Origin: Octopus sinensis
Taxonomy: Eukaryota
Direction: 5' to 3'
DNA length: 30,574 nt
Assembly (NCBI RefSeq): GCF_006345805.1
Contig: NW_021832517.1
Location: 1 to 30,574, forward strand
Shown here: positions 20,140-30,574 of the stretch, piece by piece
Layout: each line of letters starts with the position of its first letter
How positions within the stretch are numbered: position 1 is the first letter of the stretch
Position numbers and translations under genes: made by a program
Notes under the pieces: model-generated
The model's database searches: none
The model's input: only the letters and a program-made list of their open reading frames with translations
Told to the model about the DNA's origin: nothing

Positions 20140-21420
20140 TCGCTGATTCCCTCCCTTGATCATTCATTAACTCACTCGCTCAATCATTCATCAGCTTACT
20201 CTCTCGGTCATTGATTCCCCCATTCCCTCACTCATTCTTTAAATCATTCGTTAAAGCAATGCCTTAATCATTGATTCCTTTATTCTCTTACTCATTAACT
20301 CACTCTCTCAATCATTCGTCAAACAGCTGTCTCAGTCATTGATTCCCTTATTCTCTCATTCATTGATTAATTCCCTTAGTCATTCGTTAAATCCCTGCCT
20401 CAATCATTGATTCCTTTATTCTCTCACTCATTAACTCACTCTCTCAATCATTCGTCAAATCCCTGCCTCAATCATTGATCCTTTATACTCTTACTCATTA
20501 ACTCACACTCTCAATCATTCGTCAAACAGCTGTCTCAGTCATTGATTCCCTTATTCTCTCATTCATTGATTCATTTCCTTAGTCATTCGTCAAATCCCTG
20601 CCTCAATCATTGATTCCCCTCCTTCCATCACTCATTTATTAACTCACTGCCTCAATCATTCAGCTCACTGCCTCAATAGTAATTTCCTCATTTCCTCAGC
20701 AATTCATTAATTCATCTCCTCAATCATTCGTCAGATCACTGCCTTAATCATTGATTTCCTGTCATTCATTAACTCACTTCCTCAGTCATACATAAAAAGG
20801 AGCACTCCGTCGGTTACGACGATGAGGGTTCCGGTTGATCCGAATCAACGGAACAGCCTGCTCGTGAAATTAACGTGTAAGTGGCTGAGCACTCCACAGA
20901 CACGTGTACTATTAACGTAGTTCTCGGGGATATTCAGCGTGACACAGAGAGTGACAAGGCCGGCCCTCTGAAATACAGGTACAACAGAAACAGGAAGTAA
21001 GAGTGAGAGAAAGTTGTGGTGAAAGAGTACAGCAGGGATCACCACCACCCCCTGCAGGAGCCTCGTGAAGCTTTAGGTGTTTTCGCTCAATAAACACTCA
21101 CAACGCCCGGTCTGGGAATCGAAACCGCGATCCTATGACCGCGAGTCCGCTGCCCTAACCACTGGTCCATTGCGCCTCCACGGTCATACATAAACACACT
21201 GCCTTAATCATTGATTCCCTCAGTCATTCATTAACTCATCTTCTCATCATTCATCAACCCATTGCCTCAATCATTGATTCCCTCATTCCCTCAGTCATTT
21301 ATTAACTCACTATCTCAATCATTAATCAAATCAATCAATAATTCATTCGTTCCCTCAGCCATTCATTAACTCATTCCCTCACACACTCTTAGCTTATTCA
21401 TTCCACCACACATTAATAAA
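20140..21420. repeat. Degenerate CT/TCAT-rich minisatellite with a regular 68-bp core (20265 to about 20670)
   Basis: Unit starts fall at 20265, 20333, 20401, 20469, 20536 and 20604. The array is interrupted by a SINE at 20797-21182. Confidence 0.85.
20797..21182 (-). mobile_element. Full-length SINE family A (subfamily A1)
   Basis: 12-bp TSD gtcatacataaa at 20785-20796 and 21183-21194. A and B boxes present. Confidence 0.93.
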
Positions 21421-22267
21421 GCCGTTAATACATTCACTCCAACACAAACTCATTCAGTCTTTAGCCCCAGGTCAGTCACGACGGAACAAACCTACAATCG
21501 GACACGTTCCAGCTTTGACTCTCCCTGAGATCTTTTGTATATCAAAGACTGCACTCTTCAAACGTAATCTTCCTTTCAAAGCAAAAACAAAAAAGAGAGA
21601 AAACAGTTCAATGTTATTTAACTGCTATTTTTAGCAAATGGAACAACTGTGCAGAGAAGCCATGGGAAAGCTTCGTCGGGAAGTGGGCCGCATAAGGCAT
21701 AGATTCTCATAAGGTGGGCTCGCGCGGCACGGATCATCATCAGGTAGACCGTACTTCTAAAAAAAATCCAAAGTAATTTTTCCTTAGGAGTGACATTCAG
21801 AAAAGACCGCGAACTGCAGCTCACCCTTGACTACTGTAGAGGCTAACCCGTTGTCTTGGTCAGTTTGTTGTGTTGTAGCGGAGGTTCTTATGCAGGAGGG
21901 GAAATAGTAACTTGGTGATAAAAGTAAAAGATATCATGAAAGGGAATAAATTGAATTAAAGGACTTGAAAGGGAAATAATAGAAATCATCATTTTCGTTA
22001 TATGTTTGTTTCCCATACTTGCATGGGTAAACAAAAATTCGTTGAGGCACATTTTCTACGGCTATATGCCCTTCCTGCCCCCAACTGTAGTCCTTTTTTC
22101 TAGTAATGTAACATTTTTCCTAGACCTTCTTTCACGAACAGTATAATGGCCAGACATGTTTTCATACCAGACCGCAAACGAAGACACCGCATGAATGAGG
22201 GTGATATTTGTTTACAAATAGGGCGAGATATGAGGTAAGGAAATAAGTATACACCCCCTCTATATTC

Positions 22268-22470
22268 TTTTATTCGTTTACTTGTTTCAGTCACTTGACT
22301 GCGGTCATGCTGGAGCACAGCCTTTAGGCGAACTAATCAACCCCAAAACTTATTCATCGTAAACTTATTCTATCAGTTTCTTTTGCCGAACAGCTAAGCT
22401 GCGGGAACGTAAACATACCAACATTGGTTGTCAAGTGTTGGTGGGGATACAAATACAAACACACAAACAT
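22268..22470 (-). mobile_element. SINE family B, 3' half
   Basis: ttacttgtttcagtcacttgactgcggtcatgctggagcac...ggttgtcaagtg. Confidence 0.85.
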
Positions 22471-22490
22471 ATATGTTGCTGTTGCCGTTT

Positions 22491-22788
22491 GTTCATTCCC
22501 GAGCCTTACCTGGCTCATAAGGGCCGGTTTCCCGGTTTCATTAGCGTATAGGTTCTCTACCTGGACGAGACGCCGGTCCGTCGCAGGTGAGCTGCTAGAT
22601 GCAGGAGGAAAGAGTGAGAGAAAGTTGTGGTGGAAGAGTCAGCAGAAGTTCACCATTACCTTCTGTCGGAGCCGCGTGGAGCTTAGGAGTTTCGCTCATA
22701 AGCACACACATCGCCCGGTCTGAGATTCGAACCGGCGATACCGCTACCATGAGTCCGCTGCTCCAGCCACTAGACCATGTGTTTCCAC
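22491..22788 (-). mobile_element. Chimeric SINE: family A head and 5' body with a family C-type (Meta-like) 3' end
   Basis: About 22606-22788 matches family A (aaagagtgagagaaagttgtggtg...gagtccgctg). About 22510-22590 matches the gggccggtttcccggtttc...ctggacg.gacgcc.gtcc.tcgcag end of 4003-4269. Confidence 0.75.
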
Positions 22789-23714
22789 GTATGTATATAT
22801 ATGTCATATATGATATGAGTATGTGTGTGTGTGTGGACACACAGAGACAGACAGACAGACAGACTGGCAGACACATACATACATATGTATGCCTATATAC
22901 GTACGCATATATGTATATACATACACATACGCAGAACTATCAAGCACTTTATAAGCTTTCACAAAAATGCAATTAGATGCATTTCAAGAAATTATATGCA
23001 TGTGCGTGTGTGTGTGCATGTGTGTATACACACACAAAGTAGTAAAATGATCTACTCTATCAGTTTCGACAACGTGTTCCCGTTCGTCCACCTACCTTCC
23101 CACCTTTGTATCTATCTATTTCTTCAGATAGATAAACAGACAGACAGTGAGACAAACTGACAGACAAATAAGGGACAATGGATGAACAGAGTAAATAAAA
23201 ATAAAATTAATCTGGAGCAAAGAAAGGAATGAACGAATAAACGAATGGAGGAATGAGAGAAGACAAGAATAATAAACGCAAACAAAGACATTGGACGAGG
23301 AAAGTTAGTAAGAAAAAGTATGAAAAGAAGACAGAAGGAAAGTTATAACGTCTAAACAGGACCTAACGAAAGATAGATAAAAAAAAAATATGATAGAATA
23401 GGAGAGAGATTGGGTGGATTAGAAAGGGAGATACTTGAGAGGAAGGTTGGGAGAGAGAGAGAGAGAAAGAGAGATGGAATGAGAGAGGATGATTATGTAG
23501 AAAAAGTAAGGAATTTGTTGTATAAAATAGCAACGTATTGTTAGATCATTGTGAAAGAATTTGGTAAGTCTGTGCTCGAGATTCCTCAAGCGAAATCAAT
23601 AAGTTATGTTGGCAATGTTTTCAGGCGTCAAACTCTTTTAATGCAGAATGGCAACCGAGCAGAGAACGGCCCGACGCTTTTTTTTTTCTCTCTAAGGAAT
23701 ATCCCGTCTATTTA

Positions 23715-23805
23715 TTATTGTTGTTGTTATTGCTGTTGTTATTTAACCACAGGTCAGACTTGATCCAGTAGACCTATGAGCAAAGCCATTCCAACCATGA
23801 CTAAT
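23715..23805 (-). mobile_element. Old retroposon 3'-end fragment with (CAA)n-type tail; a related fragment lies at about 21460-21515
   Basis: (ttg)n followed by tttaaccacaggtcag...gacctatg...attccaaccatgac, similar to tttagccccaggtcag...gttccagc at about 21460. Confidence 0.45.
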
Positions 23806-24140
23806 AAGTCGTTAATTCAGATGTGGCATCTCTAGCACTCTATCCTCATTTCTTTCCTTCTTTATTTTAAATTTTGATAGGATTTTGACTGCTATTTCTA
23901 CCCAACTGGTTGAATGACCACGTATAAATGTTTTTCTGTATTTTTTTTTCTTTTATACCTTTTGAAGATACCTTAGCTATTTTTGACCCTCTTATATTGA
24001 TGATGCGGGTAAGGTTGACGTTAATTAGTCCTGTAGGTTGATGCCAGGGGGAAAACAAGAGCAAACTGCGGGTTCCCGGGACTGCAGTTTGGGAGCTATA
24101 AGGATTGGATTAAAAAGTCTAGGGTGCTTTCTTTGCTTAT

Positions 24141-24470
24141 TTTACTCGTTTCAGTCATTTGCCTGCGGCTATGTTTGGACACCGCCTTAGAGAAATTTTT
24201 GACGAATGAGTCGCCCCCAGTACTTTTATTTTAAGCCTTGTACTTGTTCTATCGATATCCTTTGCCGAACTGCTACGGTACGAGGATGTAAACACACCAG
24301 CACCGGTTGTCAAGCGGTGGAGTGGGGGATAAACACTGACACAAACACACACACGTGTGTCCACTCATAAGGTTTTGGTGGGCCCGAGGCTATAGTAGAA
24401 GACGCTTGCCCAAGATTCCACGCAGTGGAACAGAACTTGGAACTACGTGGTTGGGAAGCAATCTTCTTTA
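24141..24470 (-). mobile_element. SINE family B, near full-length, diverged
   Basis: Both halves are recognisable (tttcagtcattt...ttgtcaagcgg...gaggctatagtagaagacgcttgcccaag...gtggttgggaagc). Confidence 0.85.
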
Positions 24471-24659
24471 TTTCATAAATTGGCTATGGAAACCGTACAT
24501 AGATGGGACAAACAAGGACAGACAAACTTAGAGGGTGAAGAAGTTGCTTATTACGAATGAAATAGTTTCGAATGATAAAATGTAAATGTCATACTGTTAA
24601 AAAATTATATTTTTTGTCCCCCTTTTAAAAGTTTCAATATAAGCAGATGATCATTGCAA

Positions 24660-26185
24660 ATTTTGCCATGTGTGACTGAAGGGAAGGCATCCAACCACCA
24701 GGTTCGAAACTTTACTTTTCCTTCTGACCCCACTTACCTGGTTCCAGTCACTCACAGCTTGTTCACTACTTGCTTCCATCTTTTCGCAAACATATCCTGT
24801 GACAGGTATCTCTTCTCCAGTCTGATCTTGCTATTGGGGTGGTAACTAAAGAAGTTAACCAACTCCTGGCCGCAGACGAAGGTACCTGTCACTATACCTC
24901 TTACATGCGTCTTCCATACTGTTTCTTTCAGTATGGCTACTACGCAGAAAAAACACAATCTCGATAATAGACTCAGCCGATAGCTGTACTCCTCCTATCG
25001 TTGACAACAGTTGCTCGACAAAAGCTATCAGTCCCGATAATTCAGGACACTCCACAAAAGTGTGCAAAACAGTTTCTCTGTCCCGCCCGCACCTCGGGCA
25101 TGTCGGTGAGACGACACTTCCGTGCCTTGACAGCTTGTCTCGAACTGGCAAAGCCGAACGGTAGCACTGCCAAGCCAGGGATTTCTAGTAATTATCCAGG
25201 TACCCCGGCCCGAACGTTCTCCTGAACAGGTTGATCAACTAATTTTCATCGAAGCCCAGTGTCTCCTCCAGGTCATCGTCTGACATAAAGTCCACTAATC
25301 CGCTATAGAAATCCGCAGTGGAACTCCTGTTGCTGGTATTGCCCGCCCGAGAGAGTGACAGGAGTGCTTGATGGCACTCCAATTACCAATCCCCCAGTTT
25401 AGGTCTTCGTTTCAGCCATGGACCAATGTCCATTAAGGATGTCAACTATGGAAGGTAGAACCTTACATGCAGTAAACACACCTGCTCCCCATCCAGGTAA
25501 AATCAGAGGTGCCTCAACATTAACGCGAATTTTCGCATCCTAGCCCACCCTTTAGCGTTTTTTGGCAACAGACAGCGCTTCACAAGTGGCTTTCCTGCCT
25601 TCCACAAAAAGCGGAAAAGGATTCTTTCCAACTTGTTCAGCCACAAATCGGGGCAAGGCACAGCGGTCAGGCGGTAGGTGATGACAGATGCTATGAACAT
25701 CTGCGTCACCTCTGCCCTCCATAGCAAAGATGACGCCCGCCCAGACCAGGTATGGGTTAAGGCAGTCACCTTGCTCGTGATCTCGCTCCAATTATTCTCT
25801 CTCTGGAGGTCTGGGCCGAACCAGACCCCTAGCAACTTAAACGGACCTTCCGTCCAACGCCCCACAACGTTATTGGACGATATCGTCTAGCCCCTCCAGG
25901 TACCGACTTGTCCTTGTTAATCTTTGCTCCTGCAACCGCTTCGTATCCCTTGATGGCAATTTCCACATGAGAAAGCTGCCCTTCTTCGGACACGATGATG
26001 GAGAGGTCATCAGCATATGCAGTGGCTCCACTTCCACACGACAGATCATGCGGCACGCCCCCTAATGCTTCCAACCTCCGCAGCAATGGCTCAAGGGCCA
26101 ATACATACAAAAGCAGTGACAGGGGACATCTCTGGCTTACTGAGCGTTCAATCTTGAACGGTTTTGAAAATGACGGCGGTCATCA
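24660..26185 (-). mobile_element. 5'-truncated Tx1/L1-clade non-LTR retrotransposon ORF2 remnant
   Basis: RT motifs ERSVSQRCPLSLLLYVLALEPLL, YADD (26017-26006), GAKINKDKS, KLLGVWFG and LFRFLWK, plus the C-terminal zinc knuckle CPRC..RETVLHTFVEC (about 25100-25050). Multiple frameshifts. Confidence 0.9.
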
Positions 26186-26350
26186 CCCACACGACATCAG
26201 TTATACATGGTTATAAAAATGTCACTATTCCCCGAAATACTGGGAAATAAATAGGGCAACAAAGCCTGCAAACAGGCAACAGTTCACAGTAACAGTTTCC
26301 AACAATAATTTTCAATAGCAGTTTACAATAATTAACAGAGTTTCGACAAT

Positions 26351-26516
26351 AGGCGCAGGAGTGGCTGTGTGGTAAGTAGCTTGCTAACCAACCACATGGT
26401 TCCGGGTTCAGTCCCACTGCGTGGCATCTTGGGCAAGTGTCTTCTGCTATAGCCCCGGGCCGACCAATGCCTTGTGAGTGGATTTGGTAGACGGAAACTG
26501 AAAGAAGCCTGTCGTA

Positions 26517-26563
<47 letters not shown>

Positions 26564-26790
26564 GTGTGTGTATGTTTGTGTGTCGGTGTTTGTCCCCCTA
26601 GCATTGCTTGACAACCAATGCTGGTGTGTTTACGTCCCCGTCACTTAGCGGTTCGGCAAAAGAGACCGATAGAATAAGTACTAGGCTTACAAAGAATAAG
26701 TCCCGGGGTCGATTTGCTCGACTAAAGGCGGTGCTCCAGCATGGCCGCAGTCAAATGACTGAAACAAGTAAAAGTAAAAGAGAGTAATAA
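26351..26790 (+). mobile_element. Full-length SINE family B (tRNA head + CORE-like + internal (TA)n(TG)n + 3' body, (TAAAAG)-type tail)
   Basis: ggcgcaggagtggctgtgtggtaag...ggttcagtcccactgcgtggcatcttgggcaagtgtcttct, then a microsatellite at about 26515-26575, then a tail gaaacaagtaaaagtaaaagag. Confidence 0.93.
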
Positions 26791-26949
26791 AAATGTTAAC
26801 TCACAGAGCGCAAACAAAACACGACCGAAGTCTTCAACCGGAAGCAAGCTTCTTACCACACAGCCACGCCTGCGCCTATAAAAATTATGAATAGCCTTAA
26901 TTGTACTTTTACTATTATTGAGTCTCATCAGAGAGGTTTACATCTCTTG

Positions 26950-27690
26950 ACCAAACCTTATTGCTTATCCTGACCGACATCCACAGAAGAACCGCTCGAC
27001 CGATTAGCATTCCATCACTAACAGACATACTCCAGTCTCTGACCCACCGTCACGCTGTCTCTTGTCTGCCTTTCTATCGCAGCTATAGAGGTCACTGTGA
27101 GGACGCACGGTTTGAGTGGTTAAGGTGTTGCACTGACGAGCGCGAGATCGTGGGTTTGGTTCCCGGACCAGGCGGTGCGTTGTTTTCTTGAGTAAAACAC
27201 TTCATCTCATGTTATTCTACGATCACTTCGACACCTGACCCTTCACCTGTTCAGGCACCCTTCACCTGTACAGGCAACATCGATTTGATGGAGTAAACTA
27301 ATGGACAGTACACACATTTATCACCATAAAGAAATAATTTGTGTAGGTTGTCTAGCAACAAATTGCAGAATCGTCTTTTTCGGATCCGAGAAACTTCCGT
27401 ACTACTATAATGGCCTATGCTACTCGGAACTGGCTGGTCTCGCATCTTCACTACTTAGATACCTCCGACACACTCGTCACCCCATCTCTCATCATCGTTG
27501 TTGAGTTTAACCCTGCCGAGCTCGCACCAACCGCTATGCTCAGTTATCCCCCACCCCAAAACATCATCCTACTGGAATCTTCCCCCCTGCCTATGTTTCT
27601 CTGTTTTTCTATAGAGGTTGACACGCAACCTATGACCATTAACGGCACCAAGTCAAGCTCACCAGTCTTGGAGTCCCTAAAAAGGGATGG
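26950..27690 (+). mobile_element. CR1/L2-group LINE 3' fragment split by a SINE insertion
   Basis: TDIHRRTARPISIPSLTDILQSLTHRHAVSCLPFYRSY (to 27087) resumes as YYNGLCYSELAG...RARTNRYAQ...WNL from about 27400. This is the typical ORF2 C-terminus pattern LQSL.HRR.V...FYRYY.G.CS.EL. Confidence 0.75.
27088..27404 (+). mobile_element. tRNA-derived SINE (C/E-type head + CORE-like) nested in the LINE
   Basis: ggacgcacggtttgagtggttaagg...ttcccggacc...ttcttgagtaaaacactt. Internal 19-bp tandem duplication at 27238-27275. Confidence 0.65.
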
Positions 27691-27789
27691 GCAATACTGT
27701 TACCTCCAAGTTCAACAACTTAAAAACAAACTCAGGTTTCGAGTAAGACTATCCTCCTTGTTTTTGCATTTATATACACATGAATGTGT

Positions 27790-28139
<350 letters not shown>

Positions 28140-28929
28140 GAATATATGTATATATAGTATGCAGATAGGGTTATAATACAAGCTTTCTCCTTGTGAAGCT
28201 CATTTGCATAATCCCGTACTCCGAAGTATACATGTCACATTTTACACGAGAGTTAAAAGGCAGGATAATACTATAAAATACTGTAAAATACATTTTTTCA
28301 AAGTAGCTACTTGTCAAAATTGAAGACTGGAAAAAAATGGTATTAATTCCCCATTACATATGTTTCACTTCCTAATAGGAGTTACAGAAGTGTACAGGTA
28401 GAAAATCGCCCTTTTAAAGGTTAGGTTTTGCTTTTCCTCCTGCAGGGTGTACAAACATCATCCTCCACTCCATGCAAGCTCAAAGTATTTACCAGCTTTG
28501 TCACCAATAATCCGATTCTGCAACAAATTGTACTGAGTAAAATGTAACTAGTGTACACACTCAAGAGACCTTGTCCAGACATACATACACACATGCACGC
28601 GCACGCACACAAAACATACATACATACATACATACAACATACATACATACATACATACATACATACATACATACTCATACACATCTGGAATACTGGTAGA
28701 ACATTCCTATCGAAACGTCTGCCAAGTACAAACATGTTGTTTGGGACTTGAAAGAAGAAAAAGCCGTGACCAATTATGAAAGTCCGCTGCCCTGTAGATG
28801 TGAGCATGTCTTCTAAAATTTGTGAGAAGAATATTTAGGAAGAAGCGCTTCAAAACCTACTCTTGATTAGAAAATTCATATTTGTACCAGTAATATTTGG
28901 TGCACTTGTCTATCCTTTGTCTTTCCTTT

Positions 28930-29302
28930 TATCTTTTACATGCTTCACTGTGGCAATGCTGGAGCACAGCCTAAAGTGTGTTTTAGTCAAAGAAATCGAC
29001 GATAGTGCTTATTTATTAAAGTCTAGTACTAATTCTATCAGTCCCTTTTGCCGAATCACTAAGTTACAGGGATGTTAACAAATCAACACTGGTTGTCAAG
29101 GGGTGACAGGAACAAACATAAATACAAACACACACGCATATAAGAATACGTCGGGCTTCAATACAATATCCGTCCAACAGATTCCTTCACAAGGCATTGG
29201 TCAGTCGGGGTTATAGTAGAAGACATTTGTCCAAGATGCCGTTCAATGGGTCTGAACCCGGAACCACATGGCTGCAAAGCGAGTTTCTGGACCACACAGC
29301 CA
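28930..29302 (-). mobile_element. SINE family B, diverged near full-length copy
   Basis: tggcaatgctggagcac...ggttgtcaag...cacaaggcattggtc...tagtagaagacatttgtccaag...ctgaacccggaaccacatgg...accacacagcca. Confidence 0.85.
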
Positions 29303-29336
29303 GAAAACGATAAGTTTTTCAGCAAAGAAACTGGTA

Positions 29337-29695
29337 CTGCGTCGGTTACGACGACGAGGATTCCAGTAGATCCGGTCAACTGAGCAACCTGCTCATGAAA
29401 TTAATGTGCAAGTGGCTGAGCACACCATAGACATGCGTACCCTTAATGTAGTTCTCGGGGAGAGTCAGCCCGATAGAGAATGTGAAAAGGCTGGCCTTTT
29501 CAAGCAAAGAAAAAAGACCAGCTGACATGCACTCAGCATGACACAGGGTGTGACAGGACTGGCCCTTTCAAATGCAGCTGCAATGAGAAATAAGGAGTCT
29601 TGGTTGTGGGTATTACACGCCGCCAGGTATCGAAATCATGACCTTACACGATCGTAAGCCTAAAACTCTAACCACTAAGCCACGCGCTTTCACAT
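29337..29695 (-). mobile_element. Family A 3' fragment (29337-29500) plus a chimeric C-head/A-body fragment (29533-29695)
   Basis: gtcggttacgacgacgagg...gtggctgagcac...gtagttctcgggg is the family A tail. ctaaccactaagccacgcgc is a C-type head. Confidence 0.7.
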
Positions 29696-29740
29696 GCAAA
29701 GAAAAAAGACCAGCTAACATGCACCCTACAAATACAGTCT

Positions 29741-30153
29741 CTTTTACTCTTTTACTTGTTTCAGTCATTTGACTGTGGCCATGCTGGAGCATCGCCTTTA
29801 GTCGAGCAAATCGACCCCAGGACTTATTCTTTGTAAGCCTAGTACTTATTCTCTTGGTGTCTTTTGCTGAACCGCTAACTTACGGGGATGTAAACACACC
29901 AGCATCGGTTGTCAAGCAATGCTAGGGGAACAAACACAGACACACAAACATACACACACATACATATATACATATATATACATATATACGACGGGCTTCT
30001 TTCAGTTTCCGTCTACCAAATCCACTGACAAGGCTTTGGTCAGCCCGAGGCTAGAGTAGAAGACACTTGCCCAAGGTGCCACGCCGTGGGACTGAACCCG
30101 GAACCATGAGGTTGGTTAGCAAGCTACTTACCACACAGCCACTCCTTCGCCTA
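29741..30153 (-). mobile_element. Full-length SINE family B
   Basis: Reverse complement of 26351-26790 along its whole length, with an internal (CA/TA) tract at about 29941-29987. Confidence 0.93.
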
Positions 30154-30574
30154 AGCAGAATGAAATATTTCTAAATCTCAATGTGTAACATTTATTTTTC
30201 TTGTTATCCACATTCCAACGCTGAAAACTAGCTTCTTCATTCTAGGAAAAATTCTAATAGATATATTTTATAAAAAAAAAAAAACGATTTTCATACATAT
30301 ATACATACAGTAATGAATCTGTTTGTCATTCTCATATATCTCAATATCTATACAATGATCACAAATATGTCTCTACATACACGCACAACACAAGCACACA
30401 CCCTTACACATAGGCACACACATACGCGCGTTGTGTGTGTGTGTGAGTGTGTGCGAGCGCTTTTGTATATAACCATATAACCGTTTACATTGCTTTCAAC
30501 AAATTTGCATTTATTTATTTATCTATCAATTCACAATAGTAAATATGTGTAGATCTATTCTCTCTCTCTCTCTC

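Noticed and set aside
21635-21743. AG...GT-bounded 109-nt GC-rich segment as a candidate exon
   Set aside because: It has stop codons in all three + frames and no PDZ similarity.
26007-26013. CUGAUGA on - strand
   Set aside because: It is part of the YADD codons of the Tx1 reverse transcriptase.
26895-26935. CUGAUGAGACUC-AAUAA-UAGUA hammerhead-like string on -
   Set aside because: There is no GAAA core, stem I or stem III.

Overview
AT-rich eukaryotic DNA, extremely dense in microsatellites and retroposons. The SINE families and simple-repeat load suggest an Octopus (coleoid cephalopod) genome; this is an inference. The only host coding sequence I can support is one 81-nt, phase 0-0 exon on + (1457-1537) encoding the start of a PDZ domain most similar to PDZRN3/4. 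The remaining ~29 kb appears to be intron. That intron holds a defective full-span Hsmar1-like mariner with 26-bp TIRs, a 5'-truncated Tx1/L1-clade LINE, three CR1/L2-group LINE fragments, two hAT-type MITEs, more than 20 tRNA-derived SINE copies built from shuffled modules, and a 68-bp higher-order minisatellite. Nearly all ORFs in the supplied track are microsatellite or repeat artefacts. The most notable observation is a type I hammerhead ribozyme on the - strand (10105-10196). It has a perfect 8-bp stem I, an intact catalytic core, a loopless palindromic stem III (dimer type, as in Penelope-associated hammerheads) and an unusually long stem II. More decayed hammerhead-like relics occur elsewhere in the window. 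Family labels A-E below are my working names.
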